From the NCBI GenBank assembly GCA_965222605.1, contig OZ244960.1:2016001-2080000 (forward strand): a stretch of DNA of 64,000 bases. Reading direction: 5' to 3'. The notes under the pieces are model-generated. The model was not told the origin of the DNA. It did not search any database and was given only the letters and a program-made list of their open reading frames with translations. Numbering within the stretch: position 1 is the stretch's first letter; each line of letters opens with the position of its first letter. Position numbers and translations under genes: made by a program. Source of the DNA: Candidatus Latescibacterota bacterium (GTDB lineage Bacteria > Latescibacterota > UBA2968). Positions 50,282-59,921 of this stretch are shown one piece after another.

Positions 50282-51541
50282 TCACCTCTCGTCGAAATAA
50301 TCGCTGTACCAGAGGCCTCCCAATGGCAAACCCTCTGCGACCATGTTATTCACGATTGGATCCTCACTTGCCCGGCGAATCGTCGAAAAACCATCTGAGC
50401 CCTTTTCCAGAATCCAGACTTCATTCGGCTCAAGGGCATTGACCAAATACGGCTGGTGTGTAGTGATAAAAACCTGCGATCCACCGGGAACATCGGCGTG
50501 TTCGCGAAACTCATTAGCCAGGGTCTCCAGCAGCTTGTGATACAGGCCGTTCTCCGGTTCTTCAATACAGAGAAATGGAGGCGGACTCGGATCTTCCAGC
50601 AGCAAAAGATAGGCAAACACTTTGAGCGTTCCATCGGACATTTGCTGCGCGTAAAAGGGATCTTGAAAGCCTTTGTCATTGAACCTGAGCAGCAACCGTC
50701 CGTCACTGGTTCTCTCCGTATCGATCTTGTCTATACCCGGAATTTTCCCGGCAATATTTTTTAAGATAGCCTGAAAACGATCTGGATGTTCGCGCTCCAT
50801 AAATTGCACGACATTGCCGAGATTGTCGCCATGGATATTGAGACGGTTCTGTGGACCCGCCAGCGGCAGACTACGCGCTGCATCCGGAGTGAAATAACTC
50901 AGATACCACCCTTCAATAAAGCGGCGAAACGCGGAAATACGCGGATGTTGTTTCAAAGCACCGAGTGTCGCAATGCCTAACTTGCGCCGATCTTCCAATT
51001 CGACGAATTCAGCATCTTTGGGACCTTTCCTTTCTTTTACCATCGGGGAAACATCGAACCCTTCTGTTTCATCGATTTGACCAACTGCCTCGCTTCCCTT
51101 CCACACAAAGCCATAGCCTTCCACGAGAAATAGAAAAAACAGATTTAGGTTATTTTCCCTATTCTCTTGCATCTGTTCTCGCAACACATAGGGACGCCCG
51201 AACTCGTCTACACCAATGTCGATTATGTAGTTAATAGGCCGTGCGTTTCTCTGCTCTCTATAATACACTTCGAACTCAATAGGACCTGTTTGTCCCTGCG
51301 TCCGCAGTTTCTCGAACCCACCGCGCCCCCGTGCATCACAAGCCTCCTCAGCGCCGAACTTGAGGGCATCTGCAAGGAATCCAAACGCATCGAATAGGGC
51401 ACTTTTTCCCACGCCATTTTTTCCGATTACCGCTGTCATAGGGGTAAGCGGTTGGCTATCTCGTTGATTCCACAGGGGACCCAGCGTAACATCCTTGAGC
51501 ACCTTAAAATTTTTGATTCTCAAGCCTTCTATCCTGGCCAT
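50282..51541 (-). CDS. AAA_21/AAA_15-type ABC ATPase
   Basis: GKNGVGKS, QMSDGT, IEEPENGLYH, ITTHQP. Confidence 0.9.
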   Translation of the reverse strand: MARIEGLRIKNFKVLKDVTLGPLWNQRDSQPLTPMTAVIGKNGVGKSALFDAFGFLADALKFGAEEACDARGRGGFEKLRTQGQTGPIEFEVYYREQRNARPINYIIDIGVDEFGRPYVLREQMQENRENNLNLFFLFLVEGYGFVWKGSEAVGQIDETEGFDVSPMVKERKGPKDAEFVELEDRRKLGIATLGALKQHPRISAFRRFIEGWYLSYFTPDAARSLPLAGPQNRLNIHGDNLGNVVQFMEREHPDRFQAILKNIAGKIPGIDKIDTERTSDGRLLLRFNDKGFQDPFYAQQMSDGTLKVFAYLLLLEDPSPPPFLCIEEPENGLYHKLLETLANEFREHADVPGGSQVFITTHQPYLVNALEPNEVWILEKGSDGFSTIRRASEDPIVNNMVAEGLPLGGLWYSDYFDER

Positions 51542-51795
51542 TTTACAGTCCTCTTTGGCGTTGTCTTCTTCAAATTTTTCTATTTATGATCGTCAACTCC
51601 TTAAAGCTGCGTAACATCAATGATTTAAGCAAAAAAACCCGTAAATGCAAATTTTAAGGATTATCCTCTGCGGAAATGCGGGAGAACAGCATGCAAAATC
51701 GGTCTTGATAAATTCCAATTCTCAATATATCCTCTTTGAACCCCTGTGCAGGGGCTAGTTGGACAATCTCTCGCCATTTTTTATATTGAAAGGCG

Positions 51796-51868
51796 GTGAG
51801 ACGTAAGACGTAAAAGGTAAGACGACCACCCATCCCCTCTCACGTCTCACGTCTTACCTCTTACCTTT
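51796..51868. repeat. Inverted array of heptamer repeats
   Basis: GTGAGAC GTAAGAC GTAAAAG GTAAGAC ... CTCAC GTCTCAC GTCTTAC CTCTTAC CTTTA. Confidence 0.8.
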
Positions 51869-51884
51869 AAAGAAAGGACTCGCA

Positions 51885-52622
51885 ATGGCCGTTGAAATAC
51901 TACCCCTAACAGAAAATCAGATTGACCAATACCATCGAGACGGTTTTTTACTGGCCTCGGAATTGATTCCCGAGGCTATTGCACGCACGGGCGAAGCCGC
52001 GATGTGGGAAATAATGGGCATGGATGCAAACGATCCGGAAACATGGGACAACTTTTCGGACGAAGCGATTGCTTCGACGTTTCAGGCGGGATTTAAACCC
52101 AAATCGAAATTGTTCCAGTTCTTCGGCAATCAACACCCCGACCTCCTCGCCTGTTACACGCCCGAAATGATGGCTGCAATGGCGCAATTGAGCGGCGAAA
52201 GAGTGGATATCTTTCATCCACCAGACGGCACACTCATACAAAACATCTTTCCCTCAGATGAAGAATGGGCGTGGCGAGGGGCGCATTTTGACGGTGGTGT
52301 AAAAGCCAAAATGCACAAAACACTCCCCGGCCCATTTATCATCAACTCGATCATTTATCTCAACGATATTGAAAAACACGGCGGGGGAACATTAGCGTGG
52401 CCCGGTGCCCACAAACCCGTTCGCGCACTGGCAGAATCCGACTCCGAAAAATACGAATACATGTGGCGGCTATCACAAGACCTGCACACCGTCGATATCG
52501 GCGACCCCGTAGAACTGGAGCCAAAATGCGGCGACATTCTTTTCTTTGCCCATTTCTGCGTCCACGCCGCCAGCAATAACGTGCGCGACACACCCCGCCT
52601 GGCACTGCGAAGCCGGTGGTAA
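51885..52622 (+). CDS. PhyH-family dioxygenase (canonical HxD)
   Basis: YHRDGF, AHFDG, CVHAAS...PRLA. Confidence 0.88.
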   Translation: MAVEILPLTENQIDQYHRDGFLLASELIPEAIARTGEAAMWEIMGMDANDPETWDNFSDEAIASTFQAGFKPKSKLFQFFGNQHPDLLACYTPEMMAAMAQLSGERVDIFHPPDGTLIQNIFPSDEEWAWRGAHFDGGVKAKMHKTLPGPFIINSIIYLNDIEKHGGGTLAWPGAHKPVRALAESDSEKYEYMWRLSQDLHTVDIGDPVELEPKCGDILFFAHFCVHAASNNVRDTPRLALRSRW

Positions 52623-52635
52623 ATGGAGATTTCTA

Positions 52636-54606
52636 TTGGCTCTTTCTTCTGCTCAAGAAGCAATATATCCAGCAACTGAACCAAAACTGGTGTCGTGGAA
52701 GGTCGTAGTCGCGGGACTGCTGTTAATTATCGCATCGGACTACTACATCAACTGGTCCACAGTAATCTTGAGGGCGTCCAAGAACAACAAAGCCCTATTC
52801 CCGATGGGACTGTTCTTCCCCTTTGTTGTACTGGTGGGCGTCAATCTGCTACTCAGCCGGATAAACCTGCGGTGGGCACTGAACCGGGGGCAACTGTGCG
52901 TAGCCCTGGGCATGGGACTGATCGGATCGCTATTCCCATTCTATGGCCTGGCATCCTACGTAGTCGGCACCATTGCCGCGCCCTATTATTTTGCCACACC
53001 GGAAAACGGCTGGGCAGAACTGCTGCACCCCAACATGGTCTCCTGGCTGGTCATGAACAACGAAGACCAAGCCGTAACCTGGTTCTACGACGGCCTGCCC
53101 CCGGGCCAGGCCATACCCTGGAGCGCCTGGGCCGTACCGGTATTCTGGTGGATGACCTTTGTGGCCGCAGCCGCCTGCGTGGCCCTCTGCCTGATGGTAA
53201 TATTGCGAAAACAATGGGTGGAAAACGAACGCCTGGAATTCCCGCTAATGGAAGTGGGCATGCAGGTGGCTCAGGTAGATAAAGGCGATACAGAAACTCC
53301 CCCCTTACTCAGTCAACCGCTCTTCCGCGTGGGTTTCTGGATTGGGATCTTTGCAGTATTCTGGAACATCATCTCTTATTTTTATCCCTTAATACCGGGG
53401 CTGCCAACCACGCACACCGAAGGCCAGTGGTTCCGCTGGCTGGAAGGCGCCAAACCCTTCTGGGTTCAAATCAGCATTTACGTCATAGGTTTTGCCTATT
53501 TTGCACGGGTCGAAACCCTGTTCAGTTTCTGGCTATTCTTTCTCTTTACAGAAATTGAAGTAGCGACATTTGACCGCCTGGGAATCGCGGCAGGGCACGG
53601 AGGTGGCGAAGCCGTACGGTCACAAAATTTCGGTGTACTATGCGCCTATGTCATGTTCGGCCTGTGGATGGCGCGTGGACATCTAAAAGCCGTATTTCGG
53701 AAAGTCTTCAAAGGGGCTTCCGATGTAGATGATTTCAGAGAAGTGATGTCGTACCGCGCGGCAGTAATCGCCCTCGTAGCCTCCCTGCTTTACATGGTAG
53801 CGTGGTTGCACGCGGCTGGCATGGAAGTCAGAGTAGTCCTCCTGTACCTGTTTTTCACCGCAGTAGCCTACATCGGAATGGCCCGATTCGCTGCAGAACT
53901 GGGCCTGCCTTATGGGGATATTGCCTACCATTCAATTACCTGGACACCGCTCCACATCATGGGCGGGCAAACAGTCACAGCATCCACATTGACATGCCAG
54001 GGCTATCTCTGGGCCATGTTCGGAAAAACCCGGGGATTTCTGGGACCTCCAATCGCGCAAATGTTAAAACTGACCACCCCATTGCGCGTCGAGCGGGGGC
54101 GTTTGTTCGGCGTGATCGTCCTCGCCGTAGTAGCAGGCGCCACATTTGCAATACTCCATGCGATATACATGGGCTATTCCTCCGGCGGCTTCAACCTCAG
54201 AGCCGCGTGGAATCTGCTGATCGGGCCTCAGCGCTCCTACGATGCATCCGTAACCTGGATCCGCAACCCGGAAGCACCCGATGTGGAGCGAATGTTATTC
54301 ATGGGGTCTGGCGTATTGATCACAGCCGTACTCACCTATTTGAAATACCGCTTCGTACACCTGCCCCTCCATCCCGTAGCCCTGATGCTACAGGGCACCT
54401 ATATGGCGCAGAAAACAGTATTTTCAGTATTTCTGATCTGGATCTACAAATCAACCATACTAAAAATAGGCGGGGTGCGCCTCTACAGAAAAGGACAACC
54501 GTTTTTCATCGGCCTGCTGATCGGATATGCCATAGCGACATTTTTATCCTGCGTGATAGACAGCATCTTCTTCTTTGGACAGGGGCATCTGGTACACGGG
54601 TTTTAA
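52636..54606 (+). CDS. DUF6785/DUF6784-type polytopic membrane protein, putative transporter
   Basis: GGAG RBS and TTG start; YFATPENGW, IPWSAWAVP, RKQWVENERLEFPL; many TMs. Confidence 0.8.
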   Translation: MALSSAQEAIYPATEPKLVSWKVVVAGLLLIIASDYYINWSTVILRASKNNKALFPMGLFFPFVVLVGVNLLLSRINLRWALNRGQLCVALGMGLIGSLFPFYGLASYVVGTIAAPYYFATPENGWAELLHPNMVSWLVMNNEDQAVTWFYDGLPPGQAIPWSAWAVPVFWWMTFVAAAACVALCLMVILRKQWVENERLEFPLMEVGMQVAQVDKGDTETPPLLSQPLFRVGFWIGIFAVFWNIISYFYPLIPGLPTTHTEGQWFRWLEGAKPFWVQISIYVIGFAYFARVETLFSFWLFFLFTEIEVATFDRLGIAAGHGGGEAVRSQNFGVLCAYVMFGLWMARGHLKAVFRKVFKGASDVDDFREVMSYRAAVIALVASLLYMVAWLHAAGMEVRVVLLYLFFTAVAYIGMARFAAELGLPYGDIAYHSITWTPLHIMGGQTVTASTLTCQGYLWAMFGKTRGFLGPPIAQMLKLTTPLRVERGRLFGVIVLAVVAGATFAILHAIYMGYSSGGFNLRAAWNLLIGPQRSYDASVTWIRNPEAPDVERMLFMGSGVLITAVLTYLKYRFVHLPLHPVALMLQGTYMAQKTVFSVFLIWIYKSTILKIGGVRLYRKGQPFFIGLLIGYAIATFLSCVIDSIFFFGQGHLVHGF

Positions 54607-54617
54607 AAGGAGATAAA

Positions 54618-56084
54618 ATGCCAGATAAACGCCCCAACATCCTCTACATCATGACCGACGACCATGGAACCGGAGCCTTGAGTTGCTATGGCAGTCAGAT
54701 CAACCACACCCCCAATATGGATCGCATTGCCCACGGGGGAATGCGCCTGGACAATAGTTACGTAACCTACTCCTTGTGTTCGCCCAGCCGCGCCTCCATC
54801 TTAACCGGAAAATACGCACATCTTCACGGACAAACATCCATTGGGGGGAATATTTTTGACGGCTCACAGCAAACATTCCCCCGTCTATTACAGGACGCGG
54901 GATATCAAACCGCGATTATCGGAAAATGGCACCTGCACAGCATACCAACGGGCTTTGATCACTACAGCGTAATGTGGGGACAAGGCTCTTATTTTGATCC
55001 CAAATTTATCGAACCCAGCGCGCACGGCCCCGTATGGAAAGAAAGTCGGGGATATTCGACAGACCTGGTAACCGACAAATGCCTCGACTGGCTCAAAGGA
55101 CGAGACGCTGAAAAACCCTTTATGCTCTTGTGTCATTTTAAGTCCCCCCATTACAACTGGGAGCCGGATGAGAAACACAAAACAATGTTCCAGGATGAAA
55201 CAATTCCCGAACCAGAGACATTTGACCACAATTTTGGAGACAGCCCCGTTTCTCCCGAAGCCTTGCAAGTCAAGCTGGAAACCGTACATGAACAGTGGAA
55301 TATCACACACTGGGACGCGATGCCCGAAGGATTGTCCATGCAGCAGCAAAAACACAGGAACTACCAGTATTTCATCAAAGACTACCTCCGCTGTGTTGCC
55401 TCGGTTGATGATAATATTGGGCGGCTTCTCGACTACCTCGACGAACAGGATCTGGCCGAAAATACAGTTGTAGTCTATACCTCAGACAACGGGATGTTTC
55501 AGGGCGAACACGGCTGGGTCGATAAAAAAATGATGTTTGAGGAGAGCCTGCGGGTCCCATTCTTAATCCGATATCCCCGAGAAATAGCAGCGGGATCCCA
55601 TACAAATGACATGGTAATCAATCTCGACTATGCACCGACCTTTTTGGAATACGCCGGGCAGCCCATCCCCGCAGACATCCAGGGAAGAAGTCTGGTATCC
55701 CTCCTGAGAGGGCACACGCCGGATAATTGGCGAACCGCGTTTTACTACCAACACTTCGACATCCATCCCGACGGCGAAATGGCAAATTGCGGCGTACGCA
55801 CCAAAAATTTCAAACTAATCTGGTACAACCACAACTACGACCATTACCAGCTCTTCGACACCCAAAAAGACCCCAGCGAAACCCGGGATGTATCCGAAGA
55901 TCCCGAATACGCCTTGACAGTATCCGAAATGAAAGCCTTGCTGCGGGATGAACGCGAAAAAGCGGGCCTGACAGATGAAACAGAACAACAAATTTTTAAC
56001 AGCGATAACATACCTCAGACGCGCAAGCAGATGAATGCGTTATTGCAAATGGTAGATACCAATACCGCTAAGGAGAAACAATGA
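54618..56084 (+). CDS. Formylglycine-dependent sulfatase
   Basis: RPNILYIMTDD, CSPSRASILTG, GKWHL, TSDNG. Confidence 0.93.
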   Translation: MPDKRPNILYIMTDDHGTGALSCYGSQINHTPNMDRIAHGGMRLDNSYVTYSLCSPSRASILTGKYAHLHGQTSIGGNIFDGSQQTFPRLLQDAGYQTAIIGKWHLHSIPTGFDHYSVMWGQGSYFDPKFIEPSAHGPVWKESRGYSTDLVTDKCLDWLKGRDAEKPFMLLCHFKSPHYNWEPDEKHKTMFQDETIPEPETFDHNFGDSPVSPEALQVKLETVHEQWNITHWDAMPEGLSMQQQKHRNYQYFIKDYLRCVASVDDNIGRLLDYLDEQDLAENTVVVYTSDNGMFQGEHGWVDKKMMFEESLRVPFLIRYPREIAAGSHTNDMVINLDYAPTFLEYAGQPIPADIQGRSLVSLLRGHTPDNWRTAFYYQHFDIHPDGEMANCGVRTKNFKLIWYNHNYDHYQLFDTQKDPSETRDVSEDPEYALTVSEMKALLRDEREKAGLTDETEQQIFNSDNIPQTRKQMNALLQMVDTNTAKEKQ

Positions 56085-58069
56085 AAAATGCCAAACTCCG
56101 CTATAGACAGATACACCTGGATTTTCACACCTCTGAACACTGCCCAAATGTCGGTGGCAAATTTGACGAAGACCAGTTCATCGGCGCCTTAAAAAAAGGA
56201 CATGTAAATTCCATAACCATCTTTGCACAATGCCATCACGGCTGGTGTTATTACCCCACAAACACGGATATGGAGCATCCCAACCTGCAAACCGACCTCG
56301 TTGGACGCATGCTCGCCGCAGCCAAAAAAGCCGACATCAACATGCCCGTCTATATCACCGTACAATGGCAGGAAAAAGCCGCGCGCGAACATCCTGAATG
56401 GCGCGTCAGGCGGCCCGATGGAAACTACGTCGGACGGCCAACCATGCATCCCCATACTCCCCTGCCACACGGCGGATGGTATCGCTTGTGCTGCAACACG
56501 CCCTATCTGGACGCGAGCGTCTTGCCCGTATTGACAGAAGTAATGGACATGTACAACCCCTCTGGCATATTTCTCGACATTACCGGTGAAGAAATTTGCA
56601 CCTGTGATTGGTGTATCGCCAGTATGCATGAAAAAGGGCTCAATCCCAATAATGCTGGAGATCGGGTTATTCACTCACAGGATGTGTACAAAGATTATTT
56701 AACAAAGACTACAGACATCATCTGGAGCCGAAATCCGGACGCGACAATTTATCACAACGGCAGCGACAAAAAGGGTCGCCACGACCTCTACCCCTACTGG
56801 TCGCACCACGAGATCGAATCGCTACCAACCGGTATGTGGGGATACAACCACTTCCCGACAAATGCGCGCTACTTCACAAATCTGCCCGACTGCAACGTAA
56901 TCGCACAAACGGGCAAGTTCCACCGCATGTGGGGCGAATTTGACGGCTTCAAAAATCCAGTCGCATTGGAATACGAAGTTGGACAAATCATCTCATTAAA
57001 TTGCCGTTGTATGGTCGGCGATCAACTCCATCCAGAAGGAGAGATGGATGAAGAAACCTATCGCATTATAGGCGAGGCATACAAACGCGTTGAAGAACGC
57101 GAACCCTGGCTCGTGGATGCCGAACCTGTGGTGGATGTGGCGATTCTCGCACCCTCGGGTGTACACAAAGATAGGGAGTTGGAAGACAGCGAAGTTGGCG
57201 CTGGGCTAATGCTAATGGAAAACCATATCCCATTTTTAATGCTGGACGAAACAATGGATCTATCGCCCTACCAACTGCTGATTTTACCAGACAGTGTGCG
57301 CGTGGATGATGCGCTAAAAACAAAAATCGATGCCTTTCTGGCAAATGGCGGGAAATTACTCTCATCCGGCGAAAGCGGCCTGGACCCCGCGGGAAATGGT
57401 TTTGCGTATGACATTGGCGCGGATTATACCGGACCGTCCCCAAATGATATAGAATACGTAATCGTCGGAGACGCCATCGCCGCAAATATGGTACGCACCC
57501 CATTCCTCGTCTATGAATCTGGCGTAACGACAAAAGTGACAGACGGCGAAATACTCGCAGCCGCGTGGAAACCGTACTTTAACCGCACTTATGGAAAATT
57601 CTGCTCCCACCGAAACACCCCTTATGAAGGCGACGCGGGTTGGCCCTCTGTCATACGCAAAGGCAATATCATACACATCGCCCAACCCATCTTCAGGGTA
57701 TATGACGACCAGGGGATGCAATTGCATCGCGACCTGGTAAAAAATTGCATCGATTTGCTCTACGACGATCCCTTATTGCAGGTCTCCCTACCATCGTGTG
57801 GCCGCGTAAACGTGACGCGCCAACCCCAGGAAGGAAATCGGCTAATCTTGCATCTGATGTACGCCAATCCCATCAAACGGGGCGATACACAAGTAATAGA
57901 AGACATTATCCCACTGTACGATATTGCGGTCTCCCTGAAAGCGGACCGCGACATATCTCGCGTGTATCTCGCACCCGAAAATGAGGACATTAAATTTGCA
58001 GTAGCGGACGGGCGCGTGTCATTTACCGTGTCAAAAGTCGAAATGAATCAGATTGTCGTGATAGAATAA
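56081..58069 (+). CDS. GH151-like glycoside hydrolase (putative alpha-L-fucosidase) with trimerisation-type domain
   Basis: RQIHLDFHTS, FAQCHHGW, EIESLPTG.WGY.HFP, TGKFHR.WGEF. Confidence 0.75.
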   Translation: MKNAKLRYRQIHLDFHTSEHCPNVGGKFDEDQFIGALKKGHVNSITIFAQCHHGWCYYPTNTDMEHPNLQTDLVGRMLAAAKKADINMPVYITVQWQEKAAREHPEWRVRRPDGNYVGRPTMHPHTPLPHGGWYRLCCNTPYLDASVLPVLTEVMDMYNPSGIFLDITGEEICTCDWCIASMHEKGLNPNNAGDRVIHSQDVYKDYLTKTTDIIWSRNPDATIYHNGSDKKGRHDLYPYWSHHEIESLPTGMWGYNHFPTNARYFTNLPDCNVIAQTGKFHRMWGEFDGFKNPVALEYEVGQIISLNCRCMVGDQLHPEGEMDEETYRIIGEAYKRVEEREPWLVDAEPVVDVAILAPSGVHKDRELEDSEVGAGLMLMENHIPFLMLDETMDLSPYQLLILPDSVRVDDALKTKIDAFLANGGKLLSSGESGLDPAGNGFAYDIGADYTGPSPNDIEYVIVGDAIAANMVRTPFLVYESGVTTKVTDGEILAAAWKPYFNRTYGKFCSHRNTPYEGDAGWPSVIRKGNIIHIAQPIFRVYDDQGMQLHRDLVKNCIDLLYDDPLLQVSLPSCGRVNVTRQPQEGNRLILHLMYANPIKRGDTQVIEDIIPLYDIAVSLKADRDISRVYLAPENEDIKFAVADGRVSFTVSKVEMNQIVVIE

Positions 58070-58085
58070 AAAAAGGAGATACCTT

Positions 58086-58997
58086 ATGGCAGAAACAAAA
58101 AAAATCGTCCGATCGGAACCCTTTGTAATCAACAAAAACATGGGCAGCCCGCTGGCGATATCCGCCAGAGATCTGACGCGCAAAAATGCAGATGGTCTTC
58201 CAGTGGTCTTGCCGACAGAAAAACAAAAATACGATTTTGATCGCAATGGGTGGCTTCTAATTCCCGGCGTACTTTCAAAAGACGAATGCGACGAAATGCG
58301 AACCTTTGCCGAGCGATTGGCCAAAGACCCCGAAAGCATTCCCGAACACGAACGCTGCCCACTTGGCGGACCATTGCAAAAATTGGCCGATCATCCCGTT
58401 GTCGTAGGATTTATGAATGAATTTTTGGCATACCCACCCCTCGCCAATGACGAGCGATATGGATTCAGACTGGAAACATCCCACCTGTTTTACCGCAATA
58501 CTGAAACGCCCGGGAAATTTAGCCCACATAACGGCAATGGCCTGTTTCGCATGCCCTGGGATTCCCACTTTTACCGGTGCATCCCCGGCAAAGCCTGGAG
58601 CGGTCTAACGCGCGTAATATGGGAATTTAACCCCGTCAAAAAAGGCCAGGGCAGCACATTATTTGTAACGGGCAGTCACAAAGCCGCTTATCCAGCACCT
58701 GAAACCGTCCGCGACCCCGACTCAACCATGTGGGAAACCTATGGCTGTCCGCCCGGATCGCTGTTGTTCTTCACCGAGGCAATCACGCACAGCGCACATC
58801 CGTGGACCAATACCGAAAACAACCGCCTCGCCGTATTCAACCTCTACAATATCGTCGCGAGCCGATGGCATTCGTGGTTGCCACCCGAAAAACTCATCGA
58901 ATCCATGCCACCCCTCAGACAAACGCTCTTTAGCGAACCGTATAACGAAAAAGTGGATACATTTTTCCCGCGCACAACGGCGTATATGGACGGGTGA
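58086..58997 (+). CDS. PhyH-family protein (HxG)
   Basis: FDRNGWL, SPHNG, GSHKA, ITHSA, NRLAV. Confidence 0.85.
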   Translation: MAETKKIVRSEPFVINKNMGSPLAISARDLTRKNADGLPVVLPTEKQKYDFDRNGWLLIPGVLSKDECDEMRTFAERLAKDPESIPEHERCPLGGPLQKLADHPVVVGFMNEFLAYPPLANDERYGFRLETSHLFYRNTETPGKFSPHNGNGLFRMPWDSHFYRCIPGKAWSGLTRVIWEFNPVKKGQGSTLFVTGSHKAAYPAPETVRDPDSTMWETYGCPPGSLLFFTEAITHSAHPWTNTENNRLAVFNLYNIVASRWHSWLPPEKLIESMPPLRQTLFSEPYNEKVDTFFPRTTAYMDG

Positions 58998-59014
58998 TTG
59001 AAAAGGAGACCGAC

Positions 59015-59914
59015 ATGAACGGCAATAGAACAGTAACACCTTATATCATCGACAAAAATCTGGGTAGCCCAATGGACGACTACTCAGATGTATTGCCAAA
59101 GAAAAATGGCGATGGATTAGACATCATCGAACCGACCGCAGAGCAGAAGTACCGGTTTGACAAAGATGGCTGGTTATTGGTCCCCGGCGTATTGAGTGAA
59201 CAGGACATCAAAGAAATGCGGGAATATTGTATTCAACTGCACTTCGATCCCCAATCGCTCCCCGAACACGAGCGCACCCCGCTGGCAGGTCCAACGCAGA
59301 AATTGATAGATCACCCTCTAATAGTCGGCATGATGAATGAATTTATGGCCAATCCCCGCCTGTCAAGCCCCAACTGTTATGGATTCAGTTTGGCTGCCAA
59401 TGGACTCTGGTATAGAACCGCGCCCAATCGGCGAAATGACGGCAAAAGAGAAGCCCGTCAGTTTAGCCCACACAATGGCAATGGACTATATCGCCTGCCC
59501 GGCGATGCACATTTTTACAACGCCTTTCCCGGCAAAGCCAACAGCCCGCATACGCGCGTGGTTTGGGAATTGAATCCAGTCAAACACAAACAGGGTGGCA
59601 CACTGCTCGTAACGGGCAGCCACAAAGCTGTGTACACCGCGCCCGACGAAATTCAAGACCCCGATTCCGGCATCTGGACGACCTATTCATGTCCGGCAGG
59701 CTCAGTCCTATTTTTTGCAGAAGCAACCACACACAGCGCGTATCCGTGGATCAATGAAGAAAACGATCGCATCGCGATTGCCAACCTCTACAACTTCGTG
59801 GATGGCGGTCACGCCAGACTATTGCGACCCGACCCCCGCATCCTGAACTCCATGCCCCCGATTCGCCAGACCCTGTTCAGAGAGCGATTTGCCGGTCAAA
59901 ATGTCGTCAGGTGA
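59015..59914 (+). CDS. PhyH-family protein (HxG), tandem paralog of 58086
   Basis: AAGGAG RBS; FDKDGWL, SPHNG, GSHKA, TTHSA, DRIAI. Confidence 0.85.
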   Translation: MNGNRTVTPYIIDKNLGSPMDDYSDVLPKKNGDGLDIIEPTAEQKYRFDKDGWLLVPGVLSEQDIKEMREYCIQLHFDPQSLPEHERTPLAGPTQKLIDHPLIVGMMNEFMANPRLSSPNCYGFSLAANGLWYRTAPNRRNDGKREARQFSPHNGNGLYRLPGDAHFYNAFPGKANSPHTRVVWELNPVKHKQGGTLLVTGSHKAVYTAPDEIQDPDSGIWTTYSCPAGSVLFFAEATTHSAYPWINEENDRIAIANLYNFVDGGHARLLRPDPRILNSMPPIRQTLFRERFAGQNVVR

Positions 59915-59921
59915 GAACATC

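Noticed and set aside
53802-54617. N-terminal extension of the sulfatase ORF
   Set aside because: It overlaps the membrane-protein gene out of frame; the RBS supports 54618.
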